DNA of 64,000 bases from contig JBFWVI010000002.1 in assembly GCA_050246815.1 (NCBI GenBank), forward strand, positions 37,270 through 101,269, in the 5' to 3' direction. This DNA comes from Bdellovibrionales bacterium. Its GTDB lineage: Bacteria; Bdellovibrionota; Bdellovibrionia; Bdellovibrionales; UBA1609. The first letter of the stretch is position 1, and every line of letters starts with the position of its first letter. Positions 26,876 to 37,184 of this stretch are shown here, piece by piece. The notes beneath the pieces were generated by a model. That model saw nothing but the letters and a program-made list of their open reading frames with translations, was not told the origin of the DNA and made no database searches. The position numbers and the translations under genes are program-made.

Positions 26876-28653
26876 GTGTTGGCGGTCTTAGGCTCTTGGG
26901 TGGGGTCTGGATGGGCCCAATAGACCGCGGCCGAGCGGCTTTTGATGACCTTCACGTCGGCGCCGCCATATTTGATCACGTCGAGTTCGGCTAGTTCGTC
27001 TTGCACGTGTTTGTCGGGTGCAAGCAAGGCGACTCGTATATTCACCGAACGTAAATGTTGAATGGCGCTGGCCAAGGCGACTTTGCCAGTGATGTCGATA
27101 AAGCTGACGTCATCCAGATCAATGATGGCATGGGTGTAATCGGGCGAAAGATTCGACAGCCGCTCCATGGCGCGCTGGGCGGCGCCAAAAAACAGAGTGC
27201 CGCGGATTTCATAATAAAGCACGTGGCTGCCCACTTGCAGCGCGGTCTTTTCATCCACTTGAATTTGCTTTTTGACGATGGAACTTTGTGTGTCCAAAGC
27301 CATGCGGCGAATAAACAGCGTCGACGAAAGAATAATGCCCACCCCAATCCCCACCGTCATGTCGAACAAAACAGTCAGGGTGAAACAAGTCAGCAGCACC
27401 AAACGATCGTCAAGAGATCCGATGCGCAGAATATTGGTGAAGTGATAGCGTTCCGACATGCTCCAGGCGATAAACAACAGCAGCGCGGCCAAAGAGGCCA
27501 TGGGGATGTAGCTGATAAGACCTGCCAAAATTAAGAGCGTGAGACCCAAAAAGAGCCCGTGCACAATGGCCGAAATCGGAGAAACCGCGCCGAAGCGAAT
27601 GTTGGCGGTGGTGCGCGAAATCGCGCCGGCCGCGGGTATGCCGCCAAAGAAGGGGCAAAGAATATTGCCGATGCCCAGGGCGATCAATTCAGAGTTTGGA
27701 TTGTGTTTCCGCCGAGTCATACCGTCGGCCACGGTGGCCGACAGCAAAGTTTCAATCGAGCCCAGCAATGAAATCGCAAAGGCCGAAGGCAAAAGCTCTT
27801 TGATTTTGATCCAGCTCATATCAAAGCCGACGGAGTTGGTGTCCAGCCAGCGCCAAGGCCAGCCCAAGGTGGGCAGTCCGCGCGGCACGCCGGGCAAGAT
27901 TTCGTTGCCATTCAAATAAGTGAAGCGCTTGGCGATAGTGGCGACTTCAAAGCCGGGCACGAACGACTCCAGCAGCAACACCAAAACAGAGACAATCCCC
28001 AAGGCTAAGATCGGAGACGGTACTTTTTTATAGCGGCGATTGGCCACCAACAAAATGGTCAAGGTCAAAGCGCCGGTGGCCAATTCAAAAAAGTTGATTG
28101 TTGAAAAAGCAGTGGAGACATCCCACAGTCGGTGCACGAAGTCCGATGACGGCTGGGCGATATCAAGCCCCAAAAAATCCTTGAATTGCAAAGTGGCGAT
28201 CACCAAGGCAATGCCGCTGGTGAAACCGGTGGTCACAGGGTGGGGGACATACTGAATGATATCACCCAGGCGCAAAACACCATAACCCACGCACATCAAT
28301 CCAGCTAAAAATCCCGCGGTCAGTAGGCCCGCGAGTCCAAAGCGTTCGACAATCGGCAAAAGCAAAACCACAAAAGCCGCCGTAGGCCCAGCCACTTGAA
28401 AACGCGAGCCACCCAAGGCCGCGATCACCACGCCGGCAATCACCGCGGTGTAAAGTCCGTGCTGGGGCGCGACTCCGGAGGCGATGGCCAGGGCCATGGC
28501 CAGCGGCAGGGCCACAATGCCCACGATCACGCCGGCCTGCAGATCTTTGACCAATTGTCGATTGTTGTAGCCTTCGCGCCAAACTTCGCGCAAAGCCCAG
28601 CCCAGGCGGATTTCTTTGATGAACGGCGGAATCAAGTTGAAAAGTCTATCCAC
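26872..28653 (-). CDS. SulP-family (DauA-like) anion/dicarboxylate transporter with STAS domain
   Basis: DLQAG.IVGIVALPLAMALAIASGV.P..GLY, GPTAAF, C-terminal LFFGAA...ID.TG. Confidence 0.93.
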   Translation of the reverse strand: MDRLFNLIPPFIKEIRLGWALREVWREGYNNRQLVKDLQAGVIVGIVALPLAMALAIASGVAPQHGLYTAVIAGVVIAALGGSRFQVAGPTAAFVVLLLPIVERFGLAGLLTAGFLAGLMCVGYGVLRLGDIIQYVPHPVTTGFTSGIALVIATLQFKDFLGLDIAQPSSDFVHRLWDVSTAFSTINFFELATGALTLTILLVANRRYKKVPSPILALGIVSVLVLLLESFVPGFEVATIAKRFTYLNGNEILPGVPRGLPTLGWPWRWLDTNSVGFDMSWIKIKELLPSAFAISLLGSIETLLSATVADGMTRRKHNPNSELIALGIGNILCPFFGGIPAAGAISRTTANIRFGAVSPISAIVHGLFLGLTLLILAGLISYIPMASLAALLLFIAWSMSERYHFTNILRIGSLDDRLVLLTCFTLTVLFDMTVGIGVGIILSSTLFIRRMALDTQSSIVKKQIQVDEKTALQVGSHVLYYEIRGTLFFGAAQRAMERLSNLSPDYTHAIIDLDDVSFIDITGKVALASAIQHLRSVNIRVALLAPDKHVQDELAELDVIKYGGADVKVIKSRSAAVYWAHPDPTQEPKTANT

Positions 28654-28738
28654 GGACTTCGTTTCGGCATTTTGTGCGCGCAGCGTGTGTTGATCGGTAA
28701 GGATCTAGTGGAAAGTCGAACTGGACTTTGTAGAAAGA

Positions 28739-28753
28739 GTCTCAAAATGAGAC
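28739..28753. promoter_or_regulatory. Palindromic GTCTCA-N3-TGAGAC site
   Basis: GTCTCAAAATGAGAC; near-copies at 8092-8106 and 39762-39776, all intergenic. Confidence 0.55.
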
Positions 28754-28772
28754 GTTTTACGTGCCACTTTCT

Positions 28773-29654
28773 TTATTGCAATTCGAATTTCTGAACAGCG
28801 GCCAAGCGGTTGTAGGGCTCGTAGCGACCCTTTTCGTTCATCACCACGTGGGCCATGGGACAGACCGGGTCATGGGTAAAAAACACCCACCAGTTTTCAG
28901 CCGCCACCCGCTCGTAGAGTTTGGCCTTTTCATCGATCAGCATTTCGGGGAAGCGGTCATAACCCATGGTGATGGGCAGGTGGACCCAAGGCAAACCCGG
29001 GATCAAATCGCCCGCAAAGACCACCTTGGACTTTTCGCCCTTGCAGATGGTGAGCATTTGACCGGGTGTATGTCCATTGCTGATAAAAAAACTGATATGA
29101 TCGGGCAAAACGTCGTGATGAAATTCATCTTCCACGATGACGAGGCGCTTTGAATCCTGCAGCTGCTCGGTCAGGCTGGGGATGAATGAAGCTTTGTCGC
29201 GCGGATGAGGATTGATGGCGCGCTCCCACGCCTCGCGGCCCACCACGTACTGGGCCTTTGGGAACAAAAGATCTTTTTTGCCGGCCTGGATTTCGCCATA
29301 GGTCGGCAGCAGGCCTCCGGCGTGGTCAAAGTGCAAGTGCGATAAAATCACGAAATCAATTTGTTCTTCGCGGATACCGAGTGCTTGCAAATTTTCACGT
29401 AAGATATGGCGGTGGTGAGCCTCAACACCAAAGCGTTCGGCCAGTTTTGGCTCGAAAAAAGCTCCGATGCCGGTTTCGCACAAAACCTTTTTTCCGTTGA
29501 TTTCAAGCAGCATGGCACGGCAGGCCAAGGGAATGCGGCCCAGATCGTCGGGCGGAATCCATTTTTCCCAAACTGTGCGGGGAGCATTGCCAAACATCGC
29601 GCCGCCATCCAACCACTGGCGGTTGCCTTCGATTGCGGTGATTTTCACGCTCAT
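28773..29654 (-). CDS. MBL-fold metallo-hydrolase (YtnP-like)
   Basis: LDGGAMFG, SHLHFDHAGG, GHTPGQ, GDLIP, MGYD, HDP. Confidence 0.92.
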   Translation of the reverse strand: MSVKITAIEGNRQWLDGGAMFGNAPRTVWEKWIPPDDLGRIPLACRAMLLEINGKKVLCETGIGAFFEPKLAERFGVEAHHRHILRENLQALGIREEQIDFVILSHLHFDHAGGLLPTYGEIQAGKKDLLFPKAQYVVGREAWERAINPHPRDKASFIPSLTEQLQDSKRLVIVEDEFHHDVLPDHISFFISNGHTPGQMLTICKGEKSKVVFAGDLIPGLPWVHLPITMGYDRFPEMLIDEKAKLYERVAAENWWVFFTHDPVCPMAHVVMNEKGRYEPYNRLAAVQKFELQ

Positions 29655-30652
29655 GATTTTAATCCTTTTTTCAGGTCCACCAAAATACGGCCCGTGCTTT
29701 TTCGATCCAAAATTTCTTCGCATACTTTGGGTAGCTCATGCAAACTGATCGTGCGCGAATGAATTTGGGCCAAATGTTTTGGTTTCCATAGCCCGGCTAG
29801 TCGTCGCCACAACTCGTGACGTAACGCCAGCACGCAGTTATTTGAACTGATGCCCAGCAAACTCACTCCACGAAGGATGAATGGCATCACATTGCCCTCA
29901 AATTCTGCGCCCGCGGCCAACCCCACGCTGGCCACGTTGCCCCACAGCTCCACATGACGCAAAAGACCGCTCAGCATGCTGCCACCAACATTATCGATGG
30001 CGCCCGCGAAGCGCACGCTTTCAAGTGGACGCGAACCCAACTCAAGCTGAGCCGGAGCCATGATTTTGCGCGCCCCAAGCTCGCTTAAAAAATTTTGTGA
30101 TTCGGGTTTACTGCTGATCGCCCACACCTCATAGCCCTGCGCAGACAAAAGATCCGTAGCGATAGAGCCAACTCCGCCGCTGGCCCCGGTAATCACAATG
30201 GGACCTTTTTGTGGAGTCTGTCCGTTTTGCTCCAAACGGTAAAGTGCAAGGGCCGCAGTGAAACCTGCAGTTCCCAGTATCATGGCTTCTTGCAAGCTTA
30301 AGCCCTTAGGTAACGGCACCACCGAAGACTCAGGCACGCTGATGAATTCGGCATAGCCACCATCTTGGTTTTCACCAATGCCACAGCCCGTGACCAACAC
30401 TTGATCGCCCGCTTGCAGGGCTCCGCCTTTGCAGCTGACCACGGTTCCCGCCACATCGATTCCGGGGACCATGGGCAGTCGACGTAAAATTTTACCCCGA
30501 TTGGTAATAGCCAAAGCATCTTTATAATTCACGCTCGAATATTGGGATTCGATGATCACTTCGCCGGTGCCAAGTTCGTCCCAATTTAATGTTTCAAGTG
30601 CTCCCGCTCGGCTGGGCTGACTCATGCGATAGGCTTGATAATTTCTTTTCAC
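29651..30652 (-). CDS. YhdH/YhfP (AcuI-like) NADPH quinone oxidoreductase, MDR family
   Basis: YSSVNYKDALA, PGIDVAG, GTAGFTA, TGASGGVGS, PFILRGV; GTG start overlapping the upstream stop. Confidence 0.92.
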   Translation of the reverse strand: MKRNYQAYRMSQPSRAGALETLNWDELGTGEVIIESQYSSVNYKDALAITNRGKILRRLPMVPGIDVAGTVVSCKGGALQAGDQVLVTGCGIGENQDGGYAEFISVPESSVVPLPKGLSLQEAMILGTAGFTAALALYRLEQNGQTPQKGPIVITGASGGVGSIATDLLSAQGYEVWAISSKPESQNFLSELGARKIMAPAQLELGSRPLESVRFAGAIDNVGGSMLSGLLRHVELWGNVASVGLAAGAEFEGNVMPFILRGVSLLGISSNNCVLALRHELWRRLAGLWKPKHLAQIHSRTISLHELPKVCEEILDRKSTGRILVDLKKGLKS

Positions 30653-31137
30653 TTTTCCCCCAGCTCTTTGAGCAGCGTCTTGAGCAATTCGGCGCAAGCA
30701 TCTTCTAAAATATCCAGCACCAGCTGAAAGCCATTTTCGCCTTGATAATAGGGGTCGGGCACAGCCTCGACCTGGTGAATGCGACAATATTTCACCATCG
30801 GCATAACCTTGTGGTGATGCTGTCCCTTGGGATCCAAGCGCAAGACGTTTTTGTGATTGGACTGATCCATGGTCAAAATATAATCGAACTTTTCAAAATC
30901 TTCTTCTTCACGAAAAGCACGAGACTGGCTGGTCAAACTGTAACCACGTTGCTTGGCGTGATGGATCATGCGTGCATCTGCGGGTTCGCCTTCATGGTAG
31001 CCTGACGTGCCGGCGGAGTCGCACTCAATTTCCCCGCTGAGGCCTGCGCGTTCCACCAGGCCGTTCATGATGCCTTCCGCCGCCGGTGAGCGGCAGATGT
31101 TTCCAAGGCAAACGAAGAGCAGACGTTTTTTCACCAT
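30649..31137 (-). CDS. Low-molecular-weight protein tyrosine phosphatase
   Basis: VCLGNICRSP P-loop, DSAGT, VPDPYY. Confidence 0.95.
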   Translation of the reverse strand: MVKKRLLFVCLGNICRSPAAEGIMNGLVERAGLSGEIECDSAGTSGYHEGEPADARMIHHAKQRGYSLTSQSRAFREEEDFEKFDYILTMDQSNHKNVLRLDPKGQHHHKVMPMVKYCRIHQVEAVPDPYYQGENGFQLVLDILEDACAELLKTLLKELGEK

Positions 31138-31176
31138 GCGACCTATTTTCTTCGATCCATTTTCAATGTGAAGCCG

Positions 31177-31518
31177 TTAATGGTTCAAGCGAATGTAGCG
31201 GCCATTTTCAAAATCTGTAAAGACGCTGGTGATCATGGGGTGGTTCACCGGTTGGCCGCTGGGATCCAGGGTCAGATGGCATTCCGCGATATAAAGAGAC
31301 TCAGCGGTGGCCTCGACCAGGACATGGTACCAGGGTTTAAGCTTTGGGCCGCGATCGCGGGTCATATCGCGCAAAAGTTCATCGGGACCATTAAAGGCGC
31401 CATCCACTTCGATGATCACACCGCGCTTGCCACTGCGGGTATGCACCACCACATCGCCCGGTGCGAACTTGATCGCGCTTGCGAGGATACTTTGCTCTGT
31501 GGCTGAAGGGCTGGGCAT
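31177..31518 (-). CDS. hspQ: HspQ/YccV-like heat shock protein
   Basis: KF..GDVV.H....RGVIIEVD, PWYHVLV, YIAE..L, HP. Confidence 0.8.
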   Translation of the reverse strand: MPSPSATEQSILASAIKFAPGDVVVHTRSGKRGVIIEVDGAFNGPDELLRDMTRDRGPKLKPWYHVLVEATAESLYIAECHLTLDPSGQPVNHPMITSVFTDFENGRYIRLNH

Positions 31519-31567
31519 AAAGAGGCCTCCGTTAATTTAGTGTAACGGAGGATTTTAAAAAATTAAA

Positions 31568-32557
31568 TCAGGGGATTGTGATTTCACGCTGAAGGACGAC
31601 ACTGCCGCCAACGCGGACCAGGATCTGATAGGTTCCCGGCACTGCGGCCAGGCGAAATAAAGATTCTTGGCTAGTTTGCACCGCGCCACCTTGATCCATC
31701 ACTTGCCATTCGTGCAATAACTCGCCCTCATCTTCCTTTGGCACAAGGGTTTCCAGGACCAAAGACGGGAGCTCAGCTTCTTGCACCATCACTCGTGCCA
31801 AGATGCGGCCTTCATTTTGTACGGCAGCGGCCGTGATGTTCTGGGTTTCGTCTTGATGGGGGTAAAACGCTTTATCGGAATTCAAACCGCGCCAGTCGCA
31901 ATGGATGTGGTCGGTGTAAAGTTGGTAAAAGCTGGCGCCATGCTTTAGGCATTGCTCGGCTAAAGTCTTGTAACTGGTCCCTGCTACTTTAAAGTCCACG
32001 GCATCGCCGTAGGTGTGACGCGACCATTTGGCGGAGCCGGCCAATTTTGCATTGTGACCCGGACTGCGGTAGCCACTGGTGATTAGCATAGGCTTGTTCA
32101 AGGTACTGCGCAGTTTTTCAAGGCGATCCAAGGTGGCCACTGAAAACAGGCCATAATAGCCGCGCGAGGCGCCATCTTGCATAATTTCAGAGCGCACAAA
32201 GTGGGGCGCCAACAGTTGATTAACACTGATCAAGCGAAGATCAAGCAAGCGATCCGGAGGCAGATATTGTGTTTTATTGAAACTTTGCGGAAAGCTTGGG
32301 TCGGTGTAAGGATTTGGATACTTATACAGCGCGGTTTGTTCGGGCAGCTTGGACAATTCAAGGGTGTTGTAACAAACTGCTTGAGTCACGCCAGGATAGC
32401 AGGCGGCCGCGGGGCGGGAGTTAGGATCTTCTATTAAAGTTTCACTGGGGACTTCCAGCTGACCACTGTTGGCCTTGACTGGAGCGCAGCCAGTGTTCGA
32501 CAAAGACAATAGACCAAAGATCAGCGCGCCAAAGGGGACAAGATAATTTTTCTGCAT
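31568..32557 (-). CDS. Lipoprotein with peptidase M15A (D-Ala-D-Ala carboxypeptidase-like) domain
   Basis: Probable lipobox TGC; ITSGYRSP.HN, SRHTYGDAVD, HIHCD. Confidence 0.85.
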   Translation of the reverse strand: MQKNYLVPFGALIFGLLSLSNTGCAPVKANSGQLEVPSETLIEDPNSRPAAACYPGVTQAVCYNTLELSKLPEQTALYKYPNPYTDPSFPQSFNKTQYLPPDRLLDLRLISVNQLLAPHFVRSEIMQDGASRGYYGLFSVATLDRLEKLRSTLNKPMLITSGYRSPGHNAKLAGSAKWSRHTYGDAVDFKVAGTSYKTLAEQCLKHGASFYQLYTDHIHCDWRGLNSDKAFYPHQDETQNITAAAVQNEGRILARVMVQEAELPSLVLETLVPKEDEGELLHEWQVMDQGGAVQTSQESLFRLAAVPGTYQILVRVGGSVVLQREITIP

Positions 32558-32659
32558 ATTTTATTAGGAGACAGCCATTAGCGTGGTTTGGGAAATTAAG
32601 ATGTCTAAAACGCTACAAATCTGGACCGTTTTCAGGACCTTGGTTGGGTTGGTGAACAA

Positions 32660-33220
32660 ATGAATTTAGTAGAATTAATCCAAAGTCGTCGCACTATTCA
32701 AACTTACAATTCAAAACCTGTGGCCGAGAATTTGGTCGACCAAGCCCTGCAGTTGGCCATGTGGGCACCCAACCATAAGCTGACCTTTCCTTGGCGCTTC
32801 ATCAAGGCCGGCCCCGAGGCCCGAAGACAGTTGGCGCAATTGGCAGCGCGGCTGAAGGCCGCCAAGTCGGGACAGCCCCCTTCGGCGGCACAAATCGCGA
32901 TGCTTGAAAAAACCTATCTGACACCTTCGCATCTTTTGATTTTACTGATGGATCAAACATTGGATGCTTTTCAGGCGCGTGAAGATTACGCCAGCGTGGC
33001 CATGGGTGTGCAAAATATGGGTTTATTCTTATGGTCGCATCAGGTTGGCACCAAATGGTCCAGTGGCGGTGTCACCAGCCATGAAAAAACCTACCAAATT
33101 TTGCAGGTGGACCACAACACACAAGAGATCGTGGGCTTTTTATGGGTGGGCTATTTCGACCAATCACCAAGGGCGACTGAACGTCCGGCATGCGATGGGC
33201 GCGTACGATCAGTGCCCTGA
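32660..33220 (+). CDS. Nitroreductase (YdjA-like)
   Basis: IQSRRTI, WAPNHKLT.PWRF, GTKWSSG. Confidence 0.9.
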   Translation: MNLVELIQSRRTIQTYNSKPVAENLVDQALQLAMWAPNHKLTFPWRFIKAGPEARRQLAQLAARLKAAKSGQPPSAAQIAMLEKTYLTPSHLLILLMDQTLDAFQAREDYASVAMGVQNMGLFLWSHQVGTKWSSGGVTSHEKTYQILQVDHNTQEIVGFLWVGYFDQSPRATERPACDGRVRSVP

Positions 33221-33817
33221 AATTTCCAATCCCAATTTGGCCAGATCTGCTTTTGCCACATATAAAAAGTGCACGCCTTTTTCTTTGTACTGCCCCATGC
33301 GCTCGCGCGGCACAGATTCGCCTTTGTGGGCAATTTTGATGTACTTGTTTTCAGAAAGCTTAACAAAAACATCAAAGTCGATCGTCGAGTAGGGCGCCAC
33401 GTCCTCGATTGAGATTTTGCAGTACTCAGTTGCGGGAGGCATTGGCAAGGTGATGCCGTGCTTAGACCCCAAAACACGTTCGATCGCGTGCATCAGGTCG
33501 GTGTGTCTGAAGGGTTTAGTGATGAATTCCTTCGCTCCTAAATCGTAAGCAGAATGAGTTTCAAGCAACGTCGAAAACCCGGTCATGACAATGAAGGGCG
33601 GGGTTTTATGCGTTTGGGCCCACTCCAGCAGGTCGATTCCGGTCAATTCAGGCATTTGAATATCGGTGATCACCAATTGCAGATCAAGGCGGGTCAAAAA
33701 TTCTTTGGCTTCTTTGACGCTGGAGGCTTCGCAAACATCAAACCGTTTATTTTTGAGGTATTCACAGATGGCTTTGCGGAAGAAGTCTTCATCGTCGACA
33801 ACCAAGATTCTGGCCAC
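33209..33817 (-). CDS. Response regulator, truncated paralog of the adjacent REC-HD-GYP protein
   Basis: Colinear with the first ~195 aa of 33838..35166 but ends before the HD-GYP domain. Confidence 0.85.
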   Translation of the reverse strand: MARILVVDDEDFFRKAICEYLKNKRFDVCEASSVKEAKEFLTRLDLQLVITDIQMPELTGIDLLEWAQTHKTPPFIVMTGFSTLLETHSAYDLGAKEFITKPFRHTDLMHAIERVLGSKHGITLPMPPATEYCKISIEDVAPYSTIDFDVFVKLSENKYIKIAHKGESVPRERMGQYKEKGVHFLYVAKADLAKLGLEISGH

Positions 33818-33837
33818 GCGTCCCCCTTTGTTAGGCT

Positions 33838-35166
33838 TTAAGCACTGAAGAGTGATTTAAGTGCGGTCACGCAAGCCGGGTCCAAGCGGTCAAAATAAAT
33901 TTTTTCCAAATAAGCGACGGCATTGAGTCCTGACATGCCCGGGTGGTTAGGACCTTTAAGGGCCTGCTCCATGAATAAATTGGCGGTTTGTAAGATCTTC
34001 GACAGGGGATGCATTTCGTGCTTCTTTTTGGCCATTGGATAGCCCTGGCCGGCGCAGTCCTCGTGATGTTCATAGACGATTTGTACCACGTCTTCTGGAA
34101 TGCCCTTGATGGCCAACAGAATTTCTTTGCTACGCGTGGCATGGCTTTCGATCAGTGCGCGTTCAGAATTCGAAAGTAAAGGGCGAGCCTTTTCAAGAAT
34201 CTGCCGGTCGATTTCTTTTTTGCCGATGTCGTGAAACATTCCGGCCATACTGAGTTTGAAAAAAACTTGGTTGGATTCATAACCCATCTTGCGCGCGATC
34301 ATGATCGAGTGCATGGCGACGCCGATCGAATGAGCATAGATGTAATCGGAGTGCGCATTAAGCAGGCTCAGCATGTCGAAGTGCTCTTTTGAATCTGTGA
34401 TCACATTTATCGTCATGCCCAAAAAAGACTGGGCTTCTTTGAAGCTCTCGCGATCAACACCCTCGACAAAAGCTTTCTCAAGGATGGCTTCGCCGGTGTA
34501 TTTCATAAAATTCATCTTCTTTTCGTCCGAGATGTCACTGCGATCCTTGATGATGTTCGCCAAGTTGAGGTTGAAATCCACCAACTTACCAAAATCCTCT
34601 TTGGCGATATAAAGATAGCGCAGACCCTTGTCTTTGTACTGTTGCACGCGGTCCCGTGGCATGGTTTCGCCCTTGTGCGCGATCTTGATGTACTTTTGGT
34701 CAGACAGCTTGACGTAAACATCGAATTCGATGGTGGGCCGTGCGACAAACTCATCGATCGAAACTTTACAGTATTCAGTCGCGACTTGCGAGACGACTTC
34801 AGGCTCTTTTGTTGTTCCCAAAATGCGCTCAATCGCGCTGAGCAGGTCGGCATTTTTGAAGGGTTTGGTGATGAACTCTTTGGCGCCTAGGTCGTAGGCG
34901 GATTGGGTTTCGAGCAGCATTGAAAATCCGGTCATCACGATAAAGGGAAGGGGTTTGTGCTTCAGGGCCCATTCCATCAGCTCAATACCGGTCAATCCGG
35001 GCATTTGGATATCGGTCAAAACGATATTCAAGTCTTGCACCGAAATAATTTCTTTGGCGGCTTTGCCATTGGGCGCCTGGAACACATCATACTGCTTTCG
35101 TTTCAGAAAGTCGCAAATCGCTTCACGAAAGTGGTTGTCGTCTTCGACGACCAGAATGCGCGCCAT
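33838..35166 (-). CDS. REC + HD-GYP domain protein (putative c-di-GMP phosphodiesterase)
   Basis: REC (EDD, TDIQMP, KPF); HS, HDIGK, HHED...GQGYP. Confidence 0.9.
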   Translation of the reverse strand: MARILVVEDDNHFREAICDFLKRKQYDVFQAPNGKAAKEIISVQDLNIVLTDIQMPGLTGIELMEWALKHKPLPFIVMTGFSMLLETQSAYDLGAKEFITKPFKNADLLSAIERILGTTKEPEVVSQVATEYCKVSIDEFVARPTIEFDVYVKLSDQKYIKIAHKGETMPRDRVQQYKDKGLRYLYIAKEDFGKLVDFNLNLANIIKDRSDISDEKKMNFMKYTGEAILEKAFVEGVDRESFKEAQSFLGMTINVITDSKEHFDMLSLLNAHSDYIYAHSIGVAMHSIMIARKMGYESNQVFFKLSMAGMFHDIGKKEIDRQILEKARPLLSNSERALIESHATRSKEILLAIKGIPEDVVQIVYEHHEDCAGQGYPMAKKKHEMHPLSKILQTANLFMEQALKGPNHPGMSGLNAVAYLEKIYFDRLDPACVTALKSLFSA

Positions 35167-35199
35167 AAAATTTTCCATCCTTTAGCAAACTAAATTAGT

Positions 35200-35580
35200 C
35201 TACTTCACTTTGCTGGCATCGTCCAAGATACTAAACAATCTTTTTCTATCGATGGGTTTCTCGACCAAGGCATGGGCGCCCATACCCATGGCCTGCTCTT
35301 CGCTCAAATCAGCAAACCCAGTGGCCAATAGCACGATTGGAATTTCGGGATGAATCAGGCGGATCTCTTGCAGCAGTTTGATGCCATCGCCATCGGGCAT
35401 CCGCACGTCCGAGACCACGATGTCCACGGTCTGAGTTTTCACAATTTGCAGGGCCTGTTGCCCGTTAGCGGCTTCGTAAACGATGCATTTACGTCGCTTG
35501 AAGTCAAACATCATGGCCCGGCGCAGTTCTGCCTCATCATCAACAATTAAAACGTGTTTACCCGCCAAATTTGATGTCAT
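35200..35580 (-). CDS. Single-domain response regulator
   Basis: VDDE, SDVRMP, TG, KP. Confidence 0.93.
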   Translation of the reverse strand: MTSNLAGKHVLIVDDEAELRRAMMFDFKRRKCIVYEAANGQQALQIVKTQTVDIVVSDVRMPDGDGIKLLQEIRLIHPEIPIVLLATGFADLSEEQAMGMGAHALVEKPIDRKRLFSILDDASKVK

Positions 35581-37184
35581 CAGGCGCCCCGCAGCTTTGT
35601 CTCAACTTGCGCCTTCTTCGGCACCTGGGCGACAAACCTTGTGTGAGGTGATTGGGTATCCAAGTAAAAATGGCCGTGGTGGGATTCGACAATGCCGCGT
35701 GAAATGCTCAGTCCCAGGCCAGTACCTTTGCCTAGCTCTTTGGTGGTGAAGAAAGGCTGGGTCAGTTTGTCGCGAATTTCCATTGGAATGCCCGATCCGC
35801 TGTCGGTGACGCTGATTTGGACGTATTCGTCCAGGTCCTCGACATCAATGCGGATCCACTTTTGGGGCAGGGGCTGGATGGCGTCATAAGCGTTGTTCAA
35901 CAAATTCAGTAGAACTTGTGAAATTTCAACTGAACGACAGTGAATGCGAAGGGACTCAAGACTTTTATGCTGCGGGTACTCAAGCTGAACACCATGGTTG
36001 CTGAAGCGTTCTTGGCAAAGGCTTAAAGTTTCTTCGATTATGGAATCCACGGAAGTGTCTTGTGGTGCGGCGCGACGTCCATCGCGTGCAAAAAATCTTA
36101 AGCCATTCACAATTTTGGCTATGCGCTCGGCAGTTCTGCGCACAACGCCCAAAGTTTCCAAAACGTCCATGGCCGAGAAATCGTTTTCTTGCACGCATTC
36201 CTCAATTTGTTCGATCCGCATCGAGATAATCGCCAAGGGGGTGTTGATTTCATGCGCGACACCGCCTGCCATTTCGCCTAGGGCGGACATTTTGGCCGAA
36301 GATATCAACGCCTGCTGCTGTTCAAGCACGGTTTGCTGCACGCTCTGCAGTTCCGAAGTTCGCTGGGCCACACGATTCTCCAGGTTGGCATTGGCATATG
36401 CCAACTGGTGGGCGGCGTGCCACAAGCGGATCACTCCAAAAAGAGTGAATCCTAGCAGTAGCATGCAAGAGGCGAAGAGTAGATTGCGGTACACGGTGGC
36501 CATGGATTCAGCTCGCTTGTATTGGTCTAAGTAGGTAAGACGAATTTGATCAAGCCGTGAGGCCGCGCCTTCTGGGGGAATGATTTCATTGAGGAGAGTG
36601 TCCAGCTCCTCGCGTTTCTCAAGGACACGTTGCGCGTGAGACACCAGGGGCGACCCAGGCTTACTTTCTTTTAAGTTTCGTTCCAGCAGTTGCTTGGATT
36701 CTGGCGAGGCCGTGGAGTAGTAAGAAAGGCTGGCGTGGACAAGGCTTTGCTGCTTGGTGTCTGATGGCAAGATCTCGTCCGAGATGCGGCGTACAGAGTA
36801 AAGTGAATTTTTCAATATGGCATTAGTCGACTTAAAAGATTCGACGCTCAGCAGTTTCTCATGCAAGTCCGAGCAGTAATTTTCGACTAAAGTTTTTAAG
36901 TCCTGGCTCTGGAAGCGCTCCGCCAGGGATTTGTCGGTCAGCCGCTCACAAGCCTCAAGGAGTATTCGTTCACTATGAACTATAGAATCATAGTTCATCA
37001 GCAAAAAGCTGCGTGCACGCAAAACATCTTTTTCAAGCGACACTTCGGTTTGTTTCAACTCATTGAGCAGCTCCAGAACCGCTTGATGGTTGCGCGACAA
37101 CAGGCTTTTGCTTTTCACATAAAAGAAAGAAAGCAATGTAAATCCCATAAAGCCCGAGATTGTCAGTAAGACATATTTTTTCAT
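35580..37184 (-). CDS. Membrane sensor histidine kinase with all-helical (DAHL-like) periplasmic domain
   Basis: Two TMs; [23 protein letters not shown] resemble DAHL; H-box [26 protein letters not shown]. Confidence 0.88.
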   Translation of the reverse strand: MKKYVLLTISGFMGFTLLSFFYVKSKSLLSRNHQAVLELLNELKQTEVSLEKDVLRARSFLLMNYDSIVHSERILLEACERLTDKSLAERFQSQDLKTLVENYCSDLHEKLLSVESFKSTNAILKNSLYSVRRISDEILPSDTKQQSLVHASLSYYSTASPESKQLLERNLKESKPGSPLVSHAQRVLEKREELDTLLNEIIPPEGAASRLDQIRLTYLDQYKRAESMATVYRNLLFASCMLLLGFTLFGVIRLWHAAHQLAYANANLENRVAQRTSELQSVQQTVLEQQQALISSAKMSALGEMAGGVAHEINTPLAIISMRIEQIEECVQENDFSAMDVLETLGVVRRTAERIAKIVNGLRFFARDGRRAAPQDTSVDSIIEETLSLCQERFSNHGVQLEYPQHKSLESLRIHCRSVEISQVLLNLLNNAYDAIQPLPQKWIRIDVEDLDEYVQISVTDSGSGIPMEIRDKLTQPFFTTKELGKGTGLGLSISRGIVESHHGHFYLDTQSPHTRFVAQVPKKAQVETKLRGA

